Positions 1 to 7,668 of a DNA stretch of 15,486 nt are shown here, piece after piece. The notes beneath the pieces are model-generated. The model ran no database searches and had not been told where the DNA came from. It saw only the letters and a list, made by a program, of their open reading frames with translations. The stretch spans positions 1 to 15,486 of the forward strand of contig JBEPZV010000054.1 in the NCBI GenBank assembly GCA_041640655.1, written 5' to 3'. This DNA comes from a bacterium. GTDB taxonomy: Bacteria; Acidobacteriota; Blastocatellia; HR10. A program made the position numbers and the translations under genes. The stretch's first letter is position 1. Each line of letters opens with the position of its first letter.

Positions 1-1019
1 CGGAGCACGAGGCGAACCTCCGACGACGCGCTCGGTTGCCACCCGAAATTCCCCACGTAGGTGCCGTTGTGGTACGCGTGGTTGGGCAGGTGGTTGTCCG
101 TGTCATACCGGCTGAAGCTCGAGGAATAATCGAACGCGCGCACGGCGCCCAGCAGAGACGCCTCCTGGCGCACACTGTGATAGCTCCCTCCCTCGATCGC
201 ATATCGAACGGTTGGGATTCGCGCGTATTCTCGCCCTCGGCGGGTGAAGATCTGGATGACGCCACTTACGGCATCCGAGCCGTAGAGGACGCTGTTGGGA
301 TTGCGCATGACTTCGACGCGCTCAATGTGCGTCCCCAGGAGCGTGGAGAGATCGAAGAAGCCGCCGATCTGATTAATGGGCGCCCCATCGAGGAGCACCT
401 TGGTGAAGCTGCTGTTCCCCCCCCGCAGGAAGAGACTGGTCAATCCCCCACGTCCTCCCGTCTGCGTGATCTGGAGACCAGGAAGGGTCCGCAGCAGCTC
501 GAGCAGGTGCACCTTCGCCTGCGCGCGAAGATCGCTCTCATCGAGCACAGCGATGGCGGCGCCCAGTTGCGCCTGAGGGACTTCGGTCGCCGTCGCCGTC
601 ACGACGATCTCCTCTCGAAGCGGGCCGACCGAGAGCATGACGTCCAGGACACGCACAGCGCCCGCCGGCAGGAAGATGTCTCGAATCTCGCGTGGGGCGA
701 ACCCCTGGCGCTCCACACGGAGCTGATAGAGGCCGCTCGCCAAGTCCGCGAATCGGTACCGTCCCTGCTCGTCCGAGCGCACCTGCGCCAGGATCCGCCC
801 GTCGCGCGAGAGCGTGACGGACGCGCCCGGAATGACGGCACCGAGCGGATCGGTGATCCGCCCTTCGAGGACGCCGCGCGAGGAAGCGGCGAACACCAGA
901 CGATCCCCAGAGAGCGGCCATCGCGGGAGTGCTCCAAAGAGCGAGGGGACGCTCCCGATGAAGATGCCGAGTGCGACGATCTCAAGAAGGCGCGATTTCA
1001 ACACATCCCCTCTCCGCAT
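1..1019 (-). CDS. btuB: TonB-dependent outer-membrane receptor, BtuB-like, with N-terminal carboxypeptidase-regulatory-like domain (5' part only; runs off the left edge)
   Basis: Absent from the ORF track because there is no stop in the window. Manual translation from ATG 1019 (GGAGGAG 6 nt upstream; GTG 1004 is an alternative) gives MRRGDVLKSRLLEIVALG...LEGRITDPLGAVIPGASVTL...GRYRF...EEIVVTAT (TonB box-like)...LLRTLPGLQITQTGGRGGLTSLFLRGG...KVLLDG...IERVEVMRNPNSVLYGSDAVSGVIQIFT (plug domain). B12 specificity is inferred from the riboswitch. Confidence 0.9.
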   Translation of the reverse strand, partial: MRRGDVLKSRLLEIVALGIFIGSVPSLFGALPRWPLSGDRLVFAASSRGVLEGRITDPLGAVIPGASVTLSRDGRILAQVRSDEQGRYRFADLASGLYQLRVERQGFAPREIRDIFLPAGAVRVLDVMLSVGPLREEIVVTATATEVPQAQLGAAIAVLDESDLRAQAKVHLLELLRTLPGLQITQTGGRGGLTSLFLRGGNSSFTKVLLDGAPINQIGGFFDLSTLLGTHIERVEVMRNPNSVLYGSDAVSGVIQIFTRRGREYARIPTVRYAIEGGSYHSVRQEASLLGAVRAFDYSSSFSRYDTDNHLPNHAYHNGTYVGNFGWQPSASSEVRLVL

Positions 1020-1845
1020 CGTCTGCTCCTCCAGAATGGAATTGGGCCAGCCCCTGTCGCGGCGGCCGCACTTCCCCCCTCGAGATCGTGATGCGCGGCG
1101 ATCCGCTCAAGGGATGGCGATCCACAAGAAACCGCGCCCCGAAGGCGTGCCGAAGCCGCTCTTCGGTCAGCACCTCCTCGGGCGAACCGAAAGCGAGCGA
1201 ACGCCCATCCCTCAGCATGAGGACGCGATCGGCGAATTCGGCGACCAGATTCAGATCGTGCGCGACGAAGACCGAGCTGAGGGCGCGACATCGGGTGAGC
1301 TCTCGAATGAGGGTGAGCATCTCGACTTGAAATCGGAGATCGAGGTTCGACGTCGGCTCGTCCAGCAGAAGCACGCGCGGCTCCACGGCGAGCGCGCGCG
1401 CCAGGATGACGCGCTGCCGCTCGCCCCCAGAGAGTTCGGTGATCCAGCGATCCCGGAATTCCACCGCGCGCGTCAGGCGAAGGGCCGAGAGCGCACAGCG
1501 AATATCCGCCTCGCTCTCGAAGCCGAATCCGTTCGAGTACGGGAACCGCGCCTGCAGGACATATTCGAGCACGGTCATCCGAAAGCCGATCTTTGGATCT
1601 TGCGGGACGACACCGAAGATCCGGGCCAGCTCGCGGGGAGAGAAGCAGGTGAGCGGCTTCCCTTGCCATCGGACCTCACCGCGCTGCGGAAGGACGAGAC
1701 CGCGCAACAGGCGCAAGAGCGTCGTCTTCCCCGAGCCGTTGGGACCGACCACGGCGACCAGCTCTCCCGGAACGACCGCGAGCGAGACCTCAGACAGCAC
1801 GGGCCGAGCCCCATAGGCGACCGTGACGTCGCGAGCCTCCAGCAC
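982..1845 (-). CDS. btuD: ABC transporter ATP-binding protein, BtuD/FepC family
   Basis: Walker A GPNGSGKTT, signature LSGGERQR, Walker B LLLDEPT, H-loop AHDLN. Start placed at GTG 1845 (VLEAR), just after the permease stop, with GGAGG/GAGG upstream. Confidence 0.9.
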   Translation of the reverse strand: MLEARDVTVAYGARPVLSEVSLAVVPGELVAVVGPNGSGKTTLLRLLRGLVLPQRGEVRWQGKPLTCFSPRELARIFGVVPQDPKIGFRMTVLEYVLQARFPYSNGFGFESEADIRCALSALRLTRAVEFRDRWITELSGGERQRVILARALAVEPRVLLLDEPTSNLDLRFQVEMLTLIRELTRCRALSSVFVAHDLNLVAEFADRVLMLRDGRSLAFGSPEEVLTEERLRHAFGARFLVDRHPLSGSPRITISRGEVRPPRQGLAQFHSGGADDAERGCVEIAPS

Positions 1846-1849
1846 GGCC

Positions 1850-2971
1850 TCACACCCTCCGCAACAACGCGATGAAGATCGGCACACCGAGCATCGCCGT
1901 CACCGCTCCGACAGGCAACTCGCGCGGCGCCAGCGCCGTTCGCGCCAGCGTATCGGCGAGCGTCACCAAAATCGCCCCCGAGAGTGCGGCAGCCGGGACG
2001 ACCAAGCGGTTATCGGCCCCCCAGAGCAAGCGCACCAGATGCGGCACCACAAGCCCGACGAAGCCGATGGCCCCAGAGACCGAGACGATCACGCCCGCCA
2101 GTAGCGAGGCCACGACATAAGCGAGCGTCTTCACCCGCTCCACCTCCACCCCGAGCAAGCGCGCCTCCTCCTCCCCCACCATGAGGAGATTCAGTGTGCG
2201 CGCTTGTGTGTAGGCCACAGCGGAGGCGATGACGACGATCCCGACCACGAGCGGGAGCACCCCATCCCCGCCCCCGCTCAGATCGCCCATCATCCAGAAG
2301 ACGAGTCCTCGCAGATGCGGATTCGGCACCAGAGCGAGCACCAGCGCGATCCCCGACCACAGGAGCGTGGCGATGATCACGCCGGCCAGCACCAGGCGCT
2401 CGGTGACCATCCCCGTCCGACCGCGACTCATCGCGTAAACGAGCGCCGTCGTGAGCGCTGCCCCTACGAAAGCCAGCAGCGGGCGCGCCCACAGGACGTC
2501 CCCCCATCCCACGATCGCGACGATCGCACCCAAGGCGGCCCCGCCGGAAATGCCGAGCACGTACGGCTCCGCCAGCGGGTTTCGAAGGAGCGCTTGAAGC
2601 AACGCCCCGGCGATGGCCAGCGCCGCTCCCGCTGTGAGCCCGAGCACGACGCGGGGCGCGCGGATCCGCCAGATGATGACATCCGCGGCGGTCAACTCCT
2701 CAACGCGGCCGAACAGATGCGCCCATAGGACGCGACCGATGATCGCGTGTGGAACCGGCTCGCTCCCGAGATGCAGGGCCAAGAAGGCCACGCCGAGCGC
2801 GAGCGCACCAAGGAACGCGCACACCAGACCGACCTTGCGCGGCGTGGCCGGGCCGCGCTCGAGGAGAACGCGAAGGAAGGAGCGATGCGATCCCCCCTCG
2901 ATGCGCGTTGGAGAATCCGCCACGAGGGCCTGCGGATGCTCAAGCGAGGGCGCCGGGTGTTGGCGTATCAT
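1850..2971 (-). CDS. btuC: ABC transporter permease, BtuC/FecCD family
   Basis: Motifs IWRIRAPR, LQALLRNPLAEPYVLGISGGA, GEEEARLLGV, GAIGFVGLVVPH, ELPVG; many TM helices; ATGA overlap with the upstream binding-protein stop. The true start could be somewhat further downstream. Confidence 0.92.
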   Translation of the reverse strand: MIRQHPAPSLEHPQALVADSPTRIEGGSHRSFLRVLLERGPATPRKVGLVCAFLGALALGVAFLALHLGSEPVPHAIIGRVLWAHLFGRVEELTAADVIIWRIRAPRVVLGLTAGAALAIAGALLQALLRNPLAEPYVLGISGGAALGAIVAIVGWGDVLWARPLLAFVGAALTTALVYAMSRGRTGMVTERLVLAGVIIATLLWSGIALVLALVPNPHLRGLVFWMMGDLSGGGDGVLPLVVGIVVIASAVAYTQARTLNLLMVGEEEARLLGVEVERVKTLAYVVASLLAGVIVSVSGAIGFVGLVVPHLVRLLWGADNRLVVPAAALSGAILVTLADTLARTALAPRELPVGAVTAMLGVPIFIALLRRV

Positions 2972-3897
2972 CGGAATACCTCCGGATGCAGCACGCGCGC
3001 CAGCGCCTCCACCCCATCAATGAGGCGCGGGCCGGGACGCATGAGCACGTCGTTGTGGATCGCATACACGCGCCCCTGCCGGAACGCGGGCGTCGCCTCC
3101 AGCTCCGGCCAGCGCACGTTCGTGAGCCGACGCGTGACCGGCTCACGCGAGGGGAGAATGATCACGTCCGGGGCGCGAGCGACCACAGTCTCCAGGCTGT
3201 AGGGCGTCCATTCCCGCTCGGCATCCGCGGTGATGGACTGCCCCCCAGCTTCCTGGACGAGATCGGTCATGAAGGCGCCGCGCCCGGGGACGATGAGGGG
3301 ATCACGCTGAACGACGAGGAGAACGCGGGGACGCGGTCGTCCCCGCACGCGCGCGCGCACGCGCTCCAGGCGCGCCCGCAGCGCGCGCACCACGCGTTCC
3401 GCCTCCGTGCGACAGCCCATGATCGCCCCCACATTTTCCAGCGAGCGGAAGACGTCCTCGACGCGCTCGACATCCACGACATACAGCGGGATGCCCGCGG
3501 CCTCCAGTCGCTGCGCGAAGCGCTCCAGTTGCGTCGCGGTCGAGAGAATCACCAGATCCGGCTGCAAGGCGAGGATGCGTTCCAAACTGGGATTGAGGAC
3601 GTCGCCCACGCGTTCCTTCCCGCGCGCCGCTGGCGGGTAATCGCAGTAGCTGGTCACGCCCACGATGCGCTCTTCCACGCCGAGCGCGAAGAGCATCTCG
3701 GTGACGCTCGGGGCCAGCGAGATCACGCGCCGCGGATATCGTGGGATGGCCACCTGCCGACCGATCTCATCGGTGACGATCTGAAGATCCGTCGAGCGAG
3801 GAGCAGACGAGGGTGAGGACGAAGACCGGCAGGCCCATGGGGAGAGACTCAAAAGGGAGAGGAGAAAGAGCAGAAGAACTCGCGTTGTCCCTGGCAT
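2968..3897 (-). CDS. btuF: Cobalamin-binding lipoprotein of ABC transporter (BtuF-like)
   Basis: VTDEIGR, RVISLAPSVTEMLFALG, VGVTSYCDYP, ERILALQPDLV, RPGPRL motifs; signal peptide with lipobox-like PWA-C followed by a Ser-rich linker. ATG 3897 has GAGGTG upstream. Confidence 0.9.
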   Translation of the reverse strand: MPGTTRVLLLFLLSLLSLSPWACRSSSSPSSAPRSTDLQIVTDEIGRQVAIPRYPRRVISLAPSVTEMLFALGVEERIVGVTSYCDYPPAARGKERVGDVLNPSLERILALQPDLVILSTATQLERFAQRLEAAGIPLYVVDVERVEDVFRSLENVGAIMGCRTEAERVVRALRARLERVRARVRGRPRPRVLLVVQRDPLIVPGRGAFMTDLVQEAGGQSITADAEREWTPYSLETVVARAPDVIILPSREPVTRRLTNVRWPELEATPAFRQGRVYAIHNDVLMRPGPRLIDGVEALARVLHPEVFR

Positions 3898-3898
3898 C

Positions 3899-4135
3899 CC
3901 AGCGTCACCTCGCGCCAGTTTCTGCCACACGCGAGCGGGCAGGTCTCCTGACTGAGTCCCTGGCTCATCCGCATGATGAGCAGGTCGAGCGCCTTCCCAG
4001 CCGTCGCCGGCCAGTGGCCTGAGTGCCGACCATGCGGGACATCACAGTGGCGAGGGCCGTGCCGGACTTTCACCGGACTTCCCTATTCTCCCGAAGCGCC
4101 CTCACGCCTGCAGGCCCTTCGGGCACCCGCCGCGC
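3899..4135 (-). ncRNA. Cobalamin (AdoCbl, class I type) riboswitch with translational expression platform
   Basis: Minus strand reads GGTG...AATAGGGAAGTCCGGTGAAAGTCCGGCACGGCCCTCGCCACTGTGA...GCCACTGG...CTGGGAAGGCG...AGTCAGGAGACCTGCC (B12 box, 3938-3953). P1 arms at about 4125-4135 and 3931-3940. Directly upstream of btuF. Confidence 0.96.
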
Positions 4136-4163
4136 TGTGAAAGAACCTCTCGATCGAAGGAGG

Positions 4164-4193
4164 AGAATAGCACCCCACGAGCGCAGGCGTCAA
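4164..4193 (-). promoter_or_regulatory. Sigma70-type promoter for the riboswitch/btu operon
   Basis: TTGACG-18 nt-TATTCT with extended -10 TGn, about 30 nt upstream of riboswitch P1. Confidence 0.65.
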
Positions 4194-4257
4194 GCCATCT
4201 CTCTCACGAATGGGGGAAGAGCTATCGCAGGCGAAACACGACGAAGCCGGACCGGTG

Positions 4258-5148
4258 TCACCTCAGCCGTGGAGGGGCGCAGGAGGTTTCGGCCCCTTTA
4301 ATCCAGCACACCACCGTTGTCCGCAGACGCTCCCTGTCGCGAAACCGATTGAGAAAATCGAAGGACCAGTTCGCAACCCGACGCACGACATCTTCGGCGA
4401 TCTCCGGTGATCCGATGAGCGGTTCGACACGGAGTACCCGTCCATCCCGCCCAATCCGTATGTCGAGGGCGATCCAAGGACCGCCTGATTCACCCTCTGA
4501 CCACGAGAGCGCTTGCGGAGCGATCAACTCTCCGCCGGGCACAAACGCGCCGGGTTCATTCATCAGATAATGCCGGAGCATCGCGTGCGCGACGACATAT
4601 CGAAGCCTTGGATGGGGCGGCCAGAGCATCCGGTTGGCGACACACGCTCCTTTGAAACTCTGCCCCTGGAGAATCACCCGCTGATCCGTCACAAGCTTCA
4701 CCCGCGCGCCTGTTGGCACTTCAATGTCGGCGAAGAGACGAATGCGCGGATCCACGGGACGCTCGACGACCAACTTCCCGACGTCCCTGGTGATTAACGT
4801 GGGATCGAGACCGGCGATGTGCTCGACCTTCGCACGATGTTCGGGATGCGCGTATCGGAGGAACCCGAACGCATAACGACCGAGGTAGGCTCCACGAGCC
4901 GGAACTGCCCGGATGTTGACGACATCATCCGGTAGCAACGTTGTGAATACTACGTCCAGCTCATTGCCGGAGAGCCAAACTTCACCTCGCGTCGTCGAAT
5001 ATCGGAACTCCCGCTGCCAGACCTCCTGTCGCTGGAGCGACGGCTCGGCCTGCCGTTCGCTCTGCGCCAGGGTTCCAAATCGGAAAGCCGTCAGGCTTTC
5101 GATCGCAATAGACAGAGCGATCAGTGAGGTGAACGTCACACGACGCAT
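4258..5148 (-). CDS. Secreted hypothetical protein with C-terminal TonB_C-like domain
   Basis: 296 aa, RBS GAGGAGGGG, signal-peptide-like N-terminus (TLA|Q). C-terminal IALDIRIGRDGRVLRVEPLIGSPEIAEDVVRRVANWSF matches the TonB C-terminal pattern. Confidence 0.7.
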   Translation of the reverse strand: MRRVTFTSLIALSIAIESLTAFRFGTLAQSERQAEPSLQRQEVWQREFRYSTTRGEVWLSGNELDVVFTTLLPDDVVNIRAVPARGAYLGRYAFGFLRYAHPEHRAKVEHIAGLDPTLITRDVGKLVVERPVDPRIRLFADIEVPTGARVKLVTDQRVILQGQSFKGACVANRMLWPPHPRLRYVVAHAMLRHYLMNEPGAFVPGGELIAPQALSWSEGESGGPWIALDIRIGRDGRVLRVEPLIGSPEIAEDVVRRVANWSFDFLNRFRDRERLRTTVVCWIKGAETSCAPPRLR

Positions 5149-5158
5149 CGTCCCCTCC

Positions 5159-5554
5159 TCATTCGCAACATGGGATGAGTCCTTCGTCGGTCCCCCACGT
5201 GTTGCACGTCACACGCATGTACTCGCTGTACGGGACCAGATCTGGATCACACACATGGATCTCACAACTCCCGGCGGCGTCCGGGCAATAAATGGCGGCG
5301 AAAATCACCATACATGGCGAGTCAACCGCATCAATGTGCTGTGCATTGACCACGAAACGCCCCTCGGATTGGCCGCGCGAGAACTCCACCGGATCGCAGA
5401 TGAGCGATGCCCCGTGAGGCCTGGCGAGGCTCCACTCCGCGATGAACGCGAGATCCTGAGCCGATACGTGAAGAGACAACAAGAGCGCCAGAGCGAAGAA
5501 CAGAAGCCGCTTCCCTCCGCCGGGGGTCGAATGCCGAGGCCGAAGGCTCATCAT
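5159..5554 (-). CDS. Small secreted cysteine-rich hypothetical protein
   Basis: 131 aa, RBS GAGGAGG, Sec signal peptide (KR-LLFFALALLLSLHVSA|Q), 8 Cys in the mature part, ends in CCE. Its stop overlaps the next gene's RBS. Confidence 0.7.
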   Translation of the reverse strand: MMSLRPRHSTPGGGKRLLFFALALLLSLHVSAQDLAFIAEWSLARPHGASLICDPVEFSRGQSEGRFVVNAQHIDAVDSPCMVIFAAIYCPDAAGSCEIHVCDPDLVPYSEYMRVTCNTWGTDEGLIPCCE

Positions 5555-5577
5555 TGTCTGCCCTCCTCATCGCCTGA

Positions 5578-5598
5578 ATTATACTGTCTGTCTGTCAA
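5578..5598 (-). promoter_or_regulatory. Promoter-like element TTGACA-9 nt-TATAAT containing (GACA)3
   Basis: Minus strand TTGACAGACAGACAGTATAAT: both hexamers are perfect consensus, about 10 nt upstream of the RBS of 5554, but the spacer is only 9 nt. Confidence 0.55.
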
Positions 5599-6010
5599 GC
5601 CCCCGTATGAATTCCCCACATCCAGCCTTCGGATTGGGATTGCCGGAGGAAGGGGCGTGGAGAGGATCGGCCAAGAGAATGGCGAGGGCACCCTCGCGTT
5701 GGAGAAGAGGAGCCTGTTGGCGAATTTCCGCACAGGGGGTCGCGCCTCAGCGTAAGATTTCCGCTCCCATGCAGTCCAGGCACCTCGCCCTCCCGTATGA
5801 TTCGGCGAAAGGAGAGGACATCCCGCTGCGCGAGTCCGCCTTCGGGCCTTCAGATCGCGCGGGCGAGCTGGGCCGTTCGCGTCCGCGCCCTTTGGAGGTG
5901 AGCGCGGAGAAAAAGCGGGTTTACAAATTTCCCGAAACGGAAGGCGTCGCGCGGGCATCTAAGCGGGTGGCAGTGAAGAGGTGCGAGATGATGAAACGAG
6001 GAGGCGAACG

Positions 6011-7114
6011 ATGCTCTGGGAACGAGTCGCTCATGTACTGGCACCGCATGTGGCGGTGGATTTGGGGACGGTCAATACGCTCATCTATGTGCGGAATCAG
6101 GGGATCGTGCTCGCCGAGCCGACGGCCATTGCCGTGGATCGCACCGATGGAAGCATCGTGGCCGTCGGACGCGAAGCCTTGAGCATGCTCGGGCGCGAGC
6201 CGCGCGAGATCGTCGTGCATCGTCCGGTTCGATCTGGTGTCGTGGCCGATTACGAGCTGACGGAGAAGCTGCTGCGGTGTTTGCTGGAGCGCGCCTTGGG
6301 CTACCGATTGCGCCCGTGGGTCTTCCCGCGCCTGGTGATGGGCACATCGAGTGTCTCCACGTCCATCGAGCGGCGCGCGCTTCTGGAGGCTGCCCGTCGC
6401 GCCGGAGGGTTTCACACGATCCTCATCGAGGACGGGATCGCCGCGGCGTTGGGCGCGGGGGCGTTAGCGCACAACGGTCAGGCGAGTCTCATCGTGGACA
6501 TCGGCGGCGGGACGACCGACATCAGCCTCGTCACGGCCTCTGGCTTGATCGCGGCGTACTCCTTGAATGTGGCGGGCATCGCGATGGATCGCGCCATCGG
6601 CGACTACGTGCTGAAGCGCTACGGGATGATGGTGAGCGAGCAGATGGCCGAAGCGATCAAGATCACGATTGGCGCGGCACTTCCCCGAACGCCCGCTCGG
6701 CACATGGTGGTCGCGGGGAAGAACGCCCATACGGGTGCCCCGTGTGAGATCACGCTGACCAGCGACGAAGTCTTCTCCATCCTGAACGGCTTGGTGGAGA
6801 CGATCCTTCAGGGTGTGCGCTTCATGCTCGAGCGGATGTCGCCGGAGACGGCGGCCGATCTCTGCGCGACGGGCATCACACTGACGGGCGGAGGATCGCT
6901 GCTGGGCGATCTGGATGTGCGATTCCAGCAGGAGTTCGGCATCCCCGTCTTCCGGGCGGAGCATCCCCTGGAGTCGGTCGCGCTCGGCCTCGGATCCCTG
7001 CTCGAAGAGCCCCTGTGGTTGGAGCACTTCCGCTCTGAAGAGGAAGAGGTCGAATGGATGACCGAGATGGAGCCCTTCCCCGGCGCCGCCCTCGCCCAAG
7101 GGGGAGGAAGATGA
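6011..7114 (+). CDS. mreB: Actin-like ATPase, divergent MreB paralog
   Basis: DLGTVNT, LAEP, LGREP, RP..SGVVAD, ERRA, AAALGAG, DIGGGTTD, AEAIKITIG, LTGGGSLL, AEHPL. ATG 6011 has GAGGAGG upstream. No mreC/mreD adjacent. Confidence 0.9.
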   Translation: MLWERVAHVLAPHVAVDLGTVNTLIYVRNQGIVLAEPTAIAVDRTDGSIVAVGREALSMLGREPREIVVHRPVRSGVVADYELTEKLLRCLLERALGYRLRPWVFPRLVMGTSSVSTSIERRALLEAARRAGGFHTILIEDGIAAALGAGALAHNGQASLIVDIGGGTTDISLVTASGLIAAYSLNVAGIAMDRAIGDYVLKRYGMMVSEQMAEAIKITIGAALPRTPARHMVVAGKNAHTGAPCEITLTSDEVFSILNGLVETILQGVRFMLERMSPETAADLCATGITLTGGGSLLGDLDVRFQQEFGIPVFRAEHPLESVALGLGSLLEEPLWLEHFRSEEEEVEWMTEMEPFPGAALAQGGGR

Positions 7115-7121
7115 ACGTGAC

Positions 7122-7592
7122 TTACGGAGTGATCTCCAGATGGGGAGAGATGCGCTGGCGGGTGATGAGCAGATCCTCCTTGTGTTTGATCATGTCCTCA
7201 CGCGTATACCACGCCAGTTCGAAATTCGGCCCCATGGTGATGGCATCCTTGGGGCATGCTTCTTCGCAGAAGCCGCAGAAGATGCATTTCCCGTAGTCAA
7301 TGTCGTAGACCTTCGCGTAGCGAATATCCACGCCGATGCGCTCGGGATATGGGCGCAAGTCTTCCGCCGCCTCGATGTAGATCGCATCGGCCGGACAGGC
7401 GATGGCGCAGAGGAAGCAGGCGACGCACTTCTCGCGCCCGTTCTCATCCACGTGCAGAATATGCTGGCCGCGAAATCTTCGCTCCAATCGGACCGGCTCG
7501 TCCGGATATTGGATCGTCACGCGGTCCGGCAGATGCCGGAATGTCGTCGCCAACCCTTGCGCGATCGCCTTGACGACGTCGAGAACCTTCAT
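7122..7592 (-). CDS. nuoI: NADH-quinone oxidoreductase subunit I (2x[4Fe-4S])
   Basis: TIQYPDE, RFRGQH, CVACFLCAIACP, CIFCGFCEEACP. ATG 7592 (MKVLDVVKAIAQG) has GAGGAGGG upstream. Confidence 0.93.
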   Translation of the reverse strand: MKVLDVVKAIAQGLATTFRHLPDRVTIQYPDEPVRLERRFRGQHILHVDENGREKCVACFLCAIACPADAIYIEAAEDLRPYPERIGVDIRYAKVYDIDYGKCIFCGFCEEACPKDAITMGPNFELAWYTREDMIKHKEDLLITRQRISPHLEITP

Positions 7593-7623
7593 GATCCCTC
7601 CTCTCGCCTCAGCTGAAGGGGAA

Positions 7624-7632
7624 AGTATACCA
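7624..7632 (-). promoter_or_regulatory. Extended -10 element for nuoI
   Basis: Minus strand TGGTATACT about 30 nt upstream of the nuoI start. Confidence 0.5.
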
Positions 7633-7668
7633 CGGAGCTCATGGCGTGTCATCGAACGCGGTGGGCGT

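Noticed and set aside
36..3816. Long plus-strand ORFs 36..1091, 814..1875 and 2749..3816
   Set aside because: Antisense shadows of the btu genes, which carry clear family motifs; such shadows are common in GC-rich DNA.
5718..5732. Sigma54-like TGGCGAATTTCCGCA upstream of mreB
   Set aside because: GG-to-GC spacing is 9 nt instead of the required 10.
4913..6182. ORFs 4913..5755 (+), 5551..5958 (-) and 5607..6182 (+)
   Set aside because: No recognisable motifs or good RBS; they overlap better-supported genes or the promoter-like element.
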